DNA of 63,471 nucleotides, counting the filler, from Octopus bimaculoides (Eukaryota): the NCBI RefSeq assembly GCF_001194135.2. It is 4 parts of 4 records of this genome, joined end to end, with 100 filler letters (N's around TTAATTAATTAA, not from the genome) between each part and the next. Parts side by side here need not be neighbours in the genome. Positions count along the whole stretch, not along the records: positions 34,300 to 60,869 come from NC_068985.1; positions 60,970 to 63,471 come from NC_068996.1; 2 more parts are not named here. One strand, 5' to 3'. A program made the position numbers and the translations under genes. Shown one piece after another: positions 51,274 through 63,315 of the stretch (position 1 is the stretch's first letter; every line of letters begins with the position of its first letter). The notes beneath the pieces were generated by a model. It saw only the letters and a program-made list of their open reading frames with translations, did not search any database and was not told the DNA's origin.

Positions 51274-53169
51274 CGTGCGTGTGTGTGTAAATTTAAATAG
51301 GCAGAAAATGGTGAAAACTTTTGATCAACAAACAAACAAATTGACAAACATCGGTTAATTACTTTTTAATACAAAACATAACATAACATTTCTTACGGCT
51401 ACTTCGGCTGCCAATGTTAATCAAGTGCTTACAAAGAAAACTCCAAAAATAATATTCACCATCTTTATAGCACATTCAGTCTAGTACATGGAGCTTCATC
51501 AGAGTGAATACAAATACATAAAATAAAATAAATGAAGGGAAGAGGAAAGAACAGGGCTTCAAGAAGAGGCCAGAAGGTTCAATATATTAGATTCATAGTA
51601 TTTTGCAGTGTGAAGCTTGAAGTCGATAGGCAAAAGAGTGAACTAGCAAATGAGCTAGAGAAATAATTTATGGGTTATCTCTTTATGTAGGGGTACCAGG
51701 GTGTAGTAGGATAAAACTAGTGCTAAAGTAAAACAGGAAATGCCAATATGTCTAGAAAAAGAATAGTACTTCTGATTTCATAAATAGAGCAAATTAATAA
51801 TTATCCAAAACCAAACCCGTAAAGTTTTTATAATGGTGTACTAACTGAAATATTCTAGAGACCTGTTGTCTGTAATGGAATTGACCAAAGTCCAGTCATC
51901 TCTACAATTGGTCAGTTATATTTAAACCAAGAGCAGATGTAAATAAATAAGAAAACGAACCAGTAAATAAAAAGGTATGGTGGGAGAAGACTATGTCATA
52001 AGTGGCACAAAGGTGCTTATGCCCTTCCACACCATCTCAACATAAAATAAAATAAAAAATGAAAATAAGATAAGTACTAGCAACCAATATGGCTATAAAC
52101 TCTTTTACAGTTAAGGGGAGGCTACTGATAGGGAGGTGAACACTAGTGGAAAATACCTTCAAAAATAATGCTAAATCTAATATCTTAAATAGCCAGCATA
52201 CTTTCAAGTGGTGGTAATACTAGATGAACAAGTAAATGTCTACACGTTCCTGAGTGCATCCTGTCACTTAGACATGCGAGAGGGCAAAAGTACAAAAACT
52301 CCAAACAGTTAAGCGATTACAAGCTAAATCACTTGATAATTACTAACATGGTTACAAACTCCTACTACATTTTACTAAATCTTACTTAATATATATTATA
52401 TTATATTATAATTAAAATTAGATTGTTCATATTACTAAACTTATTGCTATATTAACCTTTACATGGGTGTAGCCATACTGGGTCTACCACAAAATTTCAC
52501 TTCCATTCATACACAATAAGCCTAAAGGTAACAATATCTCGTGGGAAATTATCTACTACAGTGCCCAAATACAGACCTATACCATCTCGAGACGGGATCA
52601 ATTAATATTAAGTTACTAAATTTAAGTTATGTTCTACAGTGGGTTTGTATTGTTCCTAAGCAGGTAGGACTAATAGGGTCCACTATAAGTGGAGGTAGAC
52701 CAGTATGCTGGTTGAAAAGATTACGTTCAGATTGAAACTAGTACAAACAAGCTCACCCATGGTATAAAAGGTACAGAAAAGTAAAATTAGTTGCCAGGGG
52801 ATTTTAACATTGGGGTTTAAGTACCAATGCCCTCTTTATTCAAAATTAGGTTCATGATTGAGAGAGCAAGCATTTGGTAAAGGGAGTGAGTAGGTGATAT
52901 TAAGGAGAAATTGCTTAATAAGTATATAAAGTAGCTAGTTGTTATGGGTGGGGTGGGATTTAAACTTGGATATGTTGATGAAGGGATAGGGGTATTGTTG
53001 TTGGAACACCCACAAGTGACTCAGGTATGTAATACTATTAAACTAGCTTTAATTTAGGAGTTTATATATGCCTTCATTTAATATCAACGGCTACTATTTC
53101 TGTGATGAAGGGCTCTTGGTGCTATTTCTGGGGGCAGTGCAAGGGTTTCTAATGTTATTTATATTTAGT

Positions 53170-54470
53170 GATGGTAAACCTCCCCTTGTGCAGACAGGCT
53201 ATGTTTCTCTCTTCCCTCAAGTAATGGGTGTTGTGCTGCTAGTATGAAAAAATTTCATTGATGCAAAGATAGCATTTCCTGTTTTTTGCATCGTACAGAA
53301 GTATGGAGGCGAGGATTTTCCATTCTAATGCGAAACTAGTATCTGCATCTTTGAGTTCCCAAATTATTTACTTAATCCGGTCAAGTTAATCCTATTTCTA
53401 TTGCTGAAAGAGTATTGATGTGTGGCTAGTCTACATTTCATATCATTTTGGATAACTCCTATGTATATCCTTTCACTAAACTGTTGTGACTGTGCACTGA
53501 TAAATTACATCCTTATTTTTACAGGTATTTCCAAGGGCACAATTATCTTTATCTCTATAGTACATATAGATAGTACATATAGATAGGGGAATTATTTTCT
53601 GGTGGATTAGCGCTAGATTAATAGGGTTATTATGGTTCTGAGTGTTCTCTTTACTAAAATTGGAGTGGTTATGGGGTTTATTGTTTATATTCTTACTATT
53701 ACAGCTGTCGTTGTTATTGTAGTTTCTACTTAAATAGAAAGTGTCTAGTTTTTTATTACTCATGGAGGAAATGATGCTGGCTAAGGTTATGCGTGAGACT
53801 ATCTTTATAACTCTACTATTAATAAGTTTTGAATACCTGCTATTCTTATGAAAGTGTTTATTTATAATGTTAAATATTAGCTTAGCTAAGTCGGTCCTTA
53901 TTTGCATCACATATGGGAGTATGAGCCAGTTAAAGTCTCTCAATTTACTAGTAATCTTGCTGAACATCCTATGTTTATAGCTGTTAGAGTGTTGCATCTG
54001 GTGTATATGTTTATTATCATTAGTTTTATTATCTAGGCTATGAGTATTAATGGTGCTAGGAATCGGTTTCTGCAGGTAATATTTTGAGTTATTACTGTGG
54101 TCTTCGTGATTAGGGGGTTTATTGGCATCATTTATCCCTTGTCTAGTTCCCCTCACTATTCTACCTGTTGTATTTGTGTTATCATTGTAGTTGTTCTTAG
54201 TATTGCTAATTCTGATCCTGTTAGTGTCATGAGCTATAGTTGTCTCTGCTTTATTACTTAGTTTAGATGTATTTTTATGTTCTGTATAATTAAAGTTAAT
54301 GTTATCAATATTATTTCTGTTTGTTGCATTCGCGTGTGGGATATACTTAATTCTACCTCTATAGCCTGCATCTTTAAGTGCCTTATTGTAATTATCTTTA
54401 TGACTATTAAATAAGTCCTCATTAGAAGAGCGATGTGCTTCCATACCCATGCTCAGGGATAACATAGCTG
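53170..54470 (-). mobile_element. Second Penelope-like element (RT C-terminus, Asn-rich linker, GIY-YIG)
   Basis: SSNEDLFNSHKDNYNKALKDAGY; WLILPY; CALGNTCKNKDVIYQCTVTT then IYIG..RLATHQYSF..TGLSK..WELKD..LEWKILA..CYLC after a frameshift. Confidence 0.85.
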
Positions 54471-54542
54471 AAATGATACCAGTAATAAGAAAAAATATTC
54501 TTATCCCTTAGGCAGTTATTCCAGCCACTAACTCTGCTTATA

Positions 54543-54578
<36 letters not shown>

Positions 54579-55622
54579 GAAATATATATGGGAGAATATA
54601 CAAATAATAACAACAGACGAGGACAGGTGGTGTAAATAACAAAAGGATATATTAGTATGACGCTCGGGAATGCGGAAAGTCTTTGACATATATATATATA
54701 TATATATATATATANNNNNNNNNNNNNNNNNNNNNNNNNNNNNNNNNNNNNNNNNNNNNNNNNNNNNNNNNNNNNNNNNNNNNNNNNNNNNNNNNNNNNN
54801 NNNNNNNNNNNNNNNNNNNNNNNNNNNNNNNNNNNNNNNNNNNNNNNNNNNNNNNNNNNNNNNNNNNNNNNNNNNNNNNNNNNNNNNNNNNNNNNNNNNN
54901 NNNNNNNNNNNNNNNNNNNNNNNNNNNNNNNNNNNNNNNNNNNNNNNNNNNNNNNNNNNNNNNNNNNNNNNNNNNNNNNNNNNNNNNNNNNNNNNNNNNN
55001 NNNNNNNNNNNNNNNNNNNNNNNNNNNNNNNNNNNNNNNNNNNNNNNNNNNNNNNNNNNNNNNNNNNNNNNNNNNNNNNNNNNNNNNNNNNNNNNNNNNN
55101 NNNNNNNNNNNNNNNNNNNNNNNNNNNNNNNNNNNNNNNNNNNNNNNNNNNNNNNNNNNNNNNNNNNNNNNNNNNNNNNNNNNNNNNNNNNNNNNNNNNN
55201 NNNNNNNNNNNNNNNNNNNNNNNNNNNNNNNNNNNNNNNNNNNNNNNNNNNNNNNNNNNNNNNNNNNNNNNNNNNNNNNNNNNNNNNNNNNNNNNNNNNN
55301 NNNNNNNNNNNNNNNNNNNNNNNNNNNNNNNNNNNNNNNNNNNNNNNNNNNNNNNNNNNNNNNNNNNNNNNNNNNNNNNNNNNNNNNNNNNNNNNNNNNN
55401 NNNNNNNNNNNNNNNNNNNNNNNNNNNNNNNNNNNNNNNNNNNNNNNNNNNNNNNNNNNNNNNNNNNNNNNNNNNNNNNNNTATATATATATATATACAT
55501 ATGTTGTTGTACTTGGGGATGGTCATATTGCCAGTTAAGCCAATAAAAACACACGCACTGTATATTTGGTGTTAATTTGCTTCAGCTTTATATTACATTA
55601 TATTACATTAATCCTATTTCGG

Positions 55623-55662
55623 CCAGAGTTCTTTCGTCACTCTTCTGTGACCTCATCAGTGG
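55623..55662 (-). ncRNA. Minimal hammerhead candidate, intact core
   Basis: CCA CTGATGA G GTCAC-AGAAGA-GTGAC GAAA G-AA-C TC TGG; CUC triplet (55626); 3-bp stem I. Confidence 0.68.
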
Positions 55663-56710
55663 TCCTTTGCTTTCTTCTTTCTTATGTGTGTCTCACCTTG
55701 CTAACTATCAGCCATTCTGTATTTTGTATTCCTATTGTATGTGTCTACGCATGCGTATCCTTCAATGTGTTTATGTTTTTGTGAGTGCATGTTTGTGTAT
55801 GGGGAGTGCTTGTATTATCTATATCCTCTGTTAATACATGTTCGTTTGTTTTTGTTTTTATTTATTTATTTGTTCATGTGTTTATATCTATTTTTTTTCT
55901 TTTTGTATTCAATTAAATTTTGTTAAAGTATGTAGTATTTAATTCCATTTGTTTATCTATNNNNNNNNNNNNNNNNNNNNNNNNNNNNNNNNNNNNNNNN
56001 NNNNNNNNNNNNNNNNNNNNNNNNNNNNNNNNNNNNNNNNNNNNNNNNNNNNNNNNNNNNATAACCCATTCCCTCCTTCGTAAATTATTTGGTAAAAATG
56101 AAATTGAATACACTTATTTCTTAGTATTTGAACTATTTTAGTTATTTTTTCAATTTACCCAGTACAAGGCTTAAATGAGTTTATAGTATTCTCCTAAACA
56201 ATAGATCCACTTATTTCGGTTAGTGACTTATTCACGAATATACCAACTCTAGCGCTGCTGTGGGTAATATTCTCTGGGAACGCGCACAAGCTTTTTTCAC
56301 AGTTAATTACTTTGAATTGTTATTATCTCATATCTGATTAACCTGTTATTACATAACATGTATCACGATTTTAGTATACATACCTTATTAGTATTTTCTC
56401 CTATGTTCTATATACTCTGGGAACATATTAAAGCCCTTTTTGGATTACTTTATTTGAATTCTTACTATAGGGTAATTAATTTCATGTTATTATATAACTG
56501 ACTTCACAATTAGGGTATCATAACTTATTGGGAATTCCTAAAAACAAGATCCTTTGTAAGACAGTTCGAGATTCTCAATGAACACACAAAAACCATTTTA
56601 AGGGCTACATACTTTGTATTGTTGTTATTGGATTAGTGAAACGATTACGAGAATGGAACCAAGGGATAAGCCCACTTTCCTGGGAATTACTGGGCATGTC
56701 ACTGGGTATA

Positions 56711-56741
<31 letters not shown>

Positions 56742-56906
56742 TTGTTCATATGATGATATCTCCACAATGTGTTGATGATGAGAAAAACATGTAACTCAGC
56801 GTCAAAACTCTCTTTTAAATTAAAAATTTATATATATATATATATCCACCTATATATATGGATATATATATAGAGAGAGAGAGATGTGTGTGTGTGTATA
56901 TATATA

Positions 56907-57317
56907 TATGCTTTCAGTGCAAATGGTTTTTGTTATACGACACCGTATTTTACAATCCTGTAAATAATAATAACGGTATCTTTATATAAGCTTAAAATTT
57001 ATGGCATTCACCGTGCAATGACTAAGGAAAATAGTCTAATAAGGGGGCATATAAGCACTTAACAGAAAAAAAAGAAGGCTTTCCCATCCGTGTGTGAAGG
57101 TAACACAATCATGTTAACAAAGGGATGTGGGTTCACGTCCCACGTGGATGGGAAAGCCTTTTCTTTTCTGTCGAGGGCTTATATGCCTCATTATTAGATT
57201 ATTTTCCTTAGTCATTGCATGGTGACCAGCATAAGCTTTAAGCTTATATAAAAATACCATTATTATTTACAGGTTGTAAAATACAGCACCGTATAATAAA
57301 GCCATTCACACCAAAAG

Positions 57318-57321
<4 letters not shown>
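56907..57321. mobile_element. 415-bp foldback / MITE-like element with about 185-bp imperfect inverted arms
   Basis: 56907-57094 is the reverse complement of 57141-57321 (TATGCTTT...AAAGCATA termini); 46-nt spacer; flanked by TA-rich microsatellites. Confidence 0.9.
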
Positions 57322-57379
<58 letters not shown>

Positions 57380-57398
57380 TATATATATATATATACTT

Positions 57399-57705
57399 AT
57401 TATAGCCTCAGGCCGACCAAAACCTTGTGAGTGGATTTCTTACTCGGAAACTGAAAGAAGACTTTCGTATATATGTGTATATTTGTGTATGTGTGTGCCT
57501 GTGTCTTGTGTTTGTACCCCCACCATTGCTTGACAACTGATGTTGTTGTGTTTACATTCCTGTAACTTAATGATTTGGTAAAAGGCACTGATAGAATGAG
57601 TACTAAGCTTACAAAGAATAAATCCTGTGGTTGATTTCTTCGACCAACGGTGGTGCTCCAACATGGCTGCAGTCACACGACTGAAACAAGTAAAGCAATA
57701 AAAAT
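57399..57705 (+). mobile_element. 5'-truncated octopus SINE (body and tail), CpG-decayed
   Basis: TATAGCCTCAGGCCGACCAAA...GGAAACTGAAAGAAG...GCTTGACAACT...GGTGCTCCAACATGGCTGCAGTC...AAACAAGTAAA. Confidence 0.85.
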
Positions 57706-57983
57706 CTATGCCATTNNNNNNNNNNNNNNNNNNNNNNNNNNNNNNNNNNNNNNNNNNNNNNNNNNNNNNNNNNNNNNNNNNNNNNNNNNNNNNNNNNNNN
57801 NNNNNNNNNNNNNNNNNNNNNNNNNNNNNNNNNNNNNNNNNNNNNNNNNNNNNNNNNNNNNNNNNNNNNNNNNNNNNNNNNNNNNNNNNNNNNNNNNNNN
57901 NNNNNNNNNNNNNNNNNNNNNNNNNNNNNNNNNNNNNNNNNNNNNNNNNNNNNNNNNNNNNNNNNNNNNNNNNNNNNNNNNNN

Positions 57984-58877
57984 TTTCTATTGACCAATGT
58001 TGGTTGTTGTTGCCGGAGTTTCTTATGCATTTCATCCATTTGCTGACAGTGCTTCTCTACTGTAATGGTTTCGCCTGGATCCAAAAAGCTGTGATGGATG
58101 AGACCGGTCGCAGACCACCAAACAGTCACCATGACTTTCTTCTGGTGCAACTTTGGTTTCAGGAAGTGCCATGGAGCTTCGTTGGCATCTAACCACTGAG
58201 CTGAGCGTCACCGGTTGTCATAAAGAATCCACCTTTCATCGCAAGTCACAATCCAGTCAAGAAACAGGTCGTTCTTGTTGCATAAAAGAAGGGAAGACAA
58301 CACTTCAAAACAGTGTTTTCTTTTGGTTGTCGCTCAATTCATGTGGCACCCATTTCTCAAGCATTTTTGTTTTTCCAATTTCTTTCAAGTGGTTGGAAAC
58401 TGTCGTATACATTATGTCTAATTCAGAAGCAAGCTTTCGAACAGTTGTGCATGGATTGGTTTCAACTAAGGCTCTTAGTTGATCGTTGTCAACATCTGAT
58501 GGCTGACCACTACGCTTATCAGCTTCAAGACTCTCGTCACCGCTATGAAATTTCTTGAACCATCATTGTGCTGTACATTCATTAGTGGTTCCTGGGCCAA
58601 ACGCATCATTGATATCGCGAGGTGTTTCAGCAGCTTTTCAGCTTAGCTTGAACTGGAATAAGAAAATTGTGCAAATTTGCTTTTTGTCCATGTTGTATTC
58701 AACGTTCCAGAAAAAAATGGCCTAACTATTCAAAAAGAAAAAGAGGAACATGATTAGATAGAGCAAAAAATGGGCTTTAAAATGATATATAAAGTCAAAG
58801 TAATTTAATGAAAATTTGAAAATACATCATTTAAAACCAAAATTAAAAATTCCGCAAGAACTTTCTTGTCAACCTAA
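57984..58877 (-). mobile_element. Hsmar1-like (cecropia subfamily) mariner, decayed; 3' part lost in gap
   Basis: TA + TTAGGTTGACAAGAAAGTTCTTGCGG TIR; MDKKQICTIFLFQFK..DAFGPGT..WVPHELS; HQKKVMVTVWWSATGLIHHSFLDPGETIT. Confidence 0.92.
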
Positions 58878-59912
58878 TATATAAATCGGCATATGTATGC
58901 ATAGCATAAGTGAGTTCATTCATACATATATAGGTGTGTGTATGCATCAATGTGCATGTATGCATGCATAAATGCCTGCCTACTGCCCAGTCTACATCAC
59001 TGACCTTTGTGACAGCCTCTCATCTCTACAACATCCATATCACTCACACCTCAATTTCTCATCCCTCATATCACACATTGCAATCTCTCATCCTTCTACT
59101 GCCCATACCACTATCACCTAAATCTTTATCTCTTTCCCACTCAACTGATGTCTCTATTATTCTTCCTTTACTTACTCCCTCTTCTTATCAATCACACTTC
59201 ACTATGCTATTCATATGACCGTGCTTCTCTCTACCCCACAATGCACTATCTAACCCTTAACTTTGATGCTCAGCTTTTCTTCACCAATTCTCAACCACTT
59301 CCTACTCTTTTTAATTCTCACTGTATTATGCTCCAATGTGACTGAGGAACACAATGGACATCTTTTGTTCACACAATACTGTTTCCAGTCAAGATGTCAC
59401 TACACTCATACCAACCCTCTCACCATCACTCTTTTATGCAATTCTCTGGTACAAGATGCACCCATTTTCCATTTATGTCACTGCACCACTTAACCCCTCT
59501 GGCCCATCTCATTGCCTATGTGCAGCTGGCTACATTGAGCTATTTCTATCCAATGCACTCCACCTTCACTTTCTCTTACTCTATTGCCTGTCACCACCCC
59601 GTATCCCCTCGTCTCCCAGCATACTTCTTTTACTCCACACACCATGCATCTTTGTCACTCCTGGAGATTGCTCTATCCCCTGGGTCACGTAGTCTTGTCA
59701 TAATGTCACTGATATTACCTTGAATATTCATGTCTATCTCAGAATACTGAGTACTCTTGTACCTTACATTATTTATAAAGATGGATACTCAGACAAGGAA
59801 AGAGAAATAAAGAGAAATGAAAATAATTTCAAGTTTTAATTTTAGATTCTTATGCATATCAAATAACAAGAAATTTTAGTAACTGTGACCCAATTGTTTC
59901 TACCAAGCCCTA

Positions 59913-59987
<75 letters not shown>

Positions 59988-59994
59988 GAGAGAA

Positions 59995-60032
<38 letters not shown>

Positions 60033-60599
60033 CACGCCAGAGTGCTGTAGTGAAATGTCACAGCTAGCAGTGGGAGACTGCACCACTCAAAAGGAAATAG
60101 GTGAAGATTTGGTAGCAGCAGAAATTATACTCAGTGTCTGCTGCTACTACTACTACTACCACCAACACCACTACTACTCATGTTACATGCAAAAACTATT
60201 GTCTTTACTGTGTCCCAGAATATTTCCACCAAATCACCATAATAGTCACTATAACTCAGAATATTATTATCCACCCTCCACATGTTTAACAAAGCCACAA
60301 ATAACTGAAACTGTTTTTCTTTTCTCTCAACTTCCATGTGTGTGTGTGTGTGTACGCGCATAAACAAACACATATTTATATACACTCTCACAACAATAAA
60401 TCAGTTCCTCACATTGTACTGTAACTTCTCCCAGTTAACCTAAGGTCATTCTCTCTCCAATTCTACTTTTCAATGGCGGAAGCTCTTTTCCTTTGTAACT
60501 CACAAGATGTCACCAGTGCTGGTACCAGGAAAATAAAAGACAATATATACTGTAAAGTGGTTGGTGAATTGAGCTGAGACAATACACTGATCGAAAATG

Positions 60600-60805
60600 T
60601 CTTGCCAAGGCATAATGACCTCCATAATGCTAGTACTAGTACATCCAGTACACTCCAGAAGGCAGCTGGTAATCAAGAGGGCAACCTGCCATAGAAACCA
60701 AATGAAATTTGAGACATTAGAACGAGATGTGGCCCTTCAAGCAGTCAGATTGTATTAAACCATACAGTTCGTGCCAGCATGGAAAATGAACATAATTATG
60801 ATGAG
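60600..60805 (+). mobile_element. Degenerate repeat carrying an RTE-type 3' tail
   Basis: GCCAGCATGGAAAATGAACATAATTATGATGA resembles the RTE tail GCTAGCATGGAAAGCGGACGTTAAACGATGATGA (reverse complement at 37933-37985). Confidence 0.45.
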
Positions 60806-60825
60806 TGGAAACACAAACACACACA

Positions 60826-60869
<44 letters not shown>

Positions 60870-60969
60870 NNNNNNNNNNNNNNNNNNNNNNNNNNNNNNN
60901 NNNNNNNNNNNNNTTAATTAATTAANNNNNNNNNNNNNNNNNNNNNNNNNNNNNNNNNNNNNNNNNNNN
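60870..60969. other. 100-bp assembly spacer
   Basis: Same N44-TTAATTAATTAA-N44 construct. Confidence 0.9.
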
Positions 60970-60991
60970 GCGTATATGATCATGCACTTAC

Positions 60992-61258
60992 TGATATTTT
61001 AAATACTTTGTTTGGAAAAACGGATGGCAAGGGGTGATCTTTCGGTAGTCCATTAAAATTGACGAAATGCTGGGAACACATTTGGCTATTTGCAGTGTAA
61101 ACAAAGTCTTTCCTCACAAGTCTCGATCTCTGAAGCCAAATACGACGAATAGCTACGTTTGCAGGATATCTATGTAGCGAAATAACTTTGCCGAACCGGT
61201 CAGTGCAGTATGTGAGTCGTCTGCGGAAGTTAAAGCAAGTCACTGAGCATGCGTACAT
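60992..61258 (-). CDS. THAP zinc-finger domain exon (89 codons, ends at a GTAAGT donor)
   Basis: MYACSVTC...LHRYP...RIWL...CSQHF...PLPSVFP: C4-x3-C8-x52-C61-x2-H64 plus conserved P32, W41, F65, P78; no stops; TCA|GTAAGT donor. Confidence 0.8.
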
Positions 61259-61311
61259 GTCATACGGGAGAGTTCCAATCAAGGGTGGATAACAACCTTA
61301 TAGGAACCCCC

Positions 61312-61470
61312 TATACAGGCGTGGCTGCGTGGTAAGAAGCTTACTTCTCAAACAAAGGGTTCAGGATTCAGCCCCACTGCGTGGCACCTTGGGCAGGTAT
61401 TTTCTACTATAGCCTCAGGCCGACCAAATCCATGTGAGTGCATTGGTAGATAGAAACTAAAAAAAAAAGC
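61312..61470 (+). mobile_element. Octopus SINE head
   Basis: CAGGCGTGGCTGCGTGGTAAGAAGCTTAC...CCACTGCGTGGCACCTTGGGCAGG. Confidence 0.85.
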
Positions 61471-61570
61471 GCGTGCGAGCGTATGTGTGTGTGTGTATGT
61501 GCGTGCGTGAATAAAGTAAATGTATGATACTATGTTATATTTAACTGTTTTGAATAATAACGACAATCAA

Positions 61571-61765
61571 GGTGGCGACCCGGCAGAATAGTTAGCACGC
61601 CTAGCAAAATACTTATTGGCATTTCATCCGTCTTTACGTCCTGAGTTCAAATTTTGCTTAGGTCAACTTTGCCTTTTATCCCTTTCAGGGTCGATAAAAT
61701 AACTACTGGATTGATGTAATCGACTCATCTCCTCACCCGAAATTTCTGGCCTTGTGACAAAATTT
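61571..61765 (+). mobile_element. Nin/Deu-core SINE
   Basis: GGCAGAATAGTTAGCACGCC...GAGTTCAAAT...GGTCAACTTTGCCTTTTATCCTTTCAGGGTCGATAAAAT. Confidence 0.8.
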
Positions 61766-61792
61766 TAAAGCAATAAATTAAGAAGTTTGAAG

Positions 61793-61975
61793 ACGGTGAG
61801 GTGGCAGACTTGTTAGCACGCCGAGCAAAATGCTTTGCGGCATTTCGTCCGTTTTGATTTCAAATTTCACCAAGATCGACTTTGTCTTTTATCTTTTCGA
61901 AGTCAATAAAATAAGTACCGTCGATGTAATCGACTTACCCCCCCCCCCCTTGCCGATATTCCTGGCCTTTTTTGT
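61793..61975 (+). mobile_element. Second tandem Nin/Deu-core SINE
   Basis: CGGTGAGGTGGCAGACTTGTTAGCACGCC...GATCGACTTTGTCTTTTATCTTTTCGAAGTCAATAAAATAAGTACC. Confidence 0.75.
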
Positions 61976-62339
61976 TAGCAAAATACAAGAGAAAGCGGAC
62001 ATCTATGTACCAATAATAAAGAGTTTGTAAATTCATTACCTAAGATACACTTTCAGCTTCATACCTACTTTACAGGAGAAAAAGGATACATACCAACCCG
62101 TCTGGAGCAAAGTGTGACTGAATGTGGGATCTTGTGGAGAGAATGCACATTCTTAATTCATATGCAACAAATGATCAGTGTATCTTGGACAATAAAAATC
62201 TGCAAGACCTTAAGATTTGAAGGATAATGAAGAAGACAAAATGATTTCTTTCAAAACCTTGCTACCAGGTAAGCAGACGGTGAAAATTTACTCTAAATTA
62301 AAAAAAAAAGAGAACACACAGATCCTAGACATCAAAGGG

Positions 62340-62720
62340 AACCTGTCGACGGATTCCCCGACGCTTGAGGTTGTGGCTCACATGTAGATACGCAACCACA
62401 TCATTCTAGTGCAACAACGACGTCCCAGCTGGTTGGAACATGCACACATCATGTCAGGTGCAAAGATTCCAAAAGACCTGCTTTGCCGTGAAATGGTTCC
62501 AGTAAGAGAGTTCAAGGGCAACACCATTTCCGTTTCAAGCATGTCTGCAAGATATACATGAGTTCTATTGACAGAAAACGTTGAAAGATGAGAAAGCTTT
62601 CTTGATGAACGCTCCCGCTGGAGACTAGAATAAGTCACAGAGTTCAAATGATGAGAGTAAATAAAGTTTGCTGACGAAGGGAAGCAATTTCGACGTGGAG
62701 AAAGCAACATGATGAATTAG
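62340..62720 (+). mobile_element. Decayed RTE LINE 3' coding fragment
   Basis: IPTLEV..QQRRPSWLEHAHIMSGAKIPKDLL...FRFKHVCK...ERSRWR. Confidence 0.7.
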
Positions 62721-62787
62721 CAGTGAGCAAAAGCGGCTGCAGCACAAACATGCTACGATGGCCCTAAACGTAAAATAGCAGCAACAA

Positions 62788-63030
62788 ATGGCAAACAAAT
62801 GCCTTTATGGAAACCTGCCGAAAGTTAGCGAGATCAGGCAAAGACGGCTGCGACTATCTGGTCACTGTGTGCGCTACCGTGAACTGAAAGTATCCGACTT
62901 AGTCTTGTGGAATTCACTTTATGGTGATGTAAGAAGAGGAAAACTTCGTCACACTAACATCGACAACTTGATTGCAGACATTGGCCTGGGGGTGTATCCA
63001 CGACCTCGAGAGAGTGATGATGGACCTAGA
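62788..63030 (+). mobile_element. RTE-like LINE 3' coding fragment of a second family
   Basis: NKCLYGNLPKVSEIRQRRLRLSGHCVRYRELKVSDLVLW...RRGKLRHTNIDNLIADIGL. Confidence 0.75.
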
Positions 63031-63315
63031 TGTGAGGCAGGTGAACCTGGGTTGGAACCAAGCAGACAGTGGCTGGAAAAGCAGTCTCTGCGCCTGGAGT
63101 GGCTCTCACATATACGTCTGTATGACCAGAGCAGATGCTGCTATACCATTGAGAAGGAAGCAAGTCGTTCAAGTCGTAGATTCGTGGGGGGGCGTGTGTG
63201 TATGCATATATGTATGTATGTATAAGAACTCGCCAAAAACTATACATATATGTACATATACATATATATACCCGCATACACACCCACACACACACGCACT
63301 CCAACAACCTCGCAC

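Noticed and set aside
51203-54541. 11-bp inverted match ATAAGCAGAGT (51203-51213 / 54531-54541) around the second PLE
   Set aside because: Too short, and the left copy is separated from the PLE 3' end by unrelated (GT)n sequence; not counted as a third inverted duplication
40679-61258. Possible THAP-SBF2 fusion transcript
   Set aside because: THAP donor is phase 0 and SBF2 acceptor is phase 1, so direct splicing hits a stop within the exon; the two are also separated by an assembly spacer
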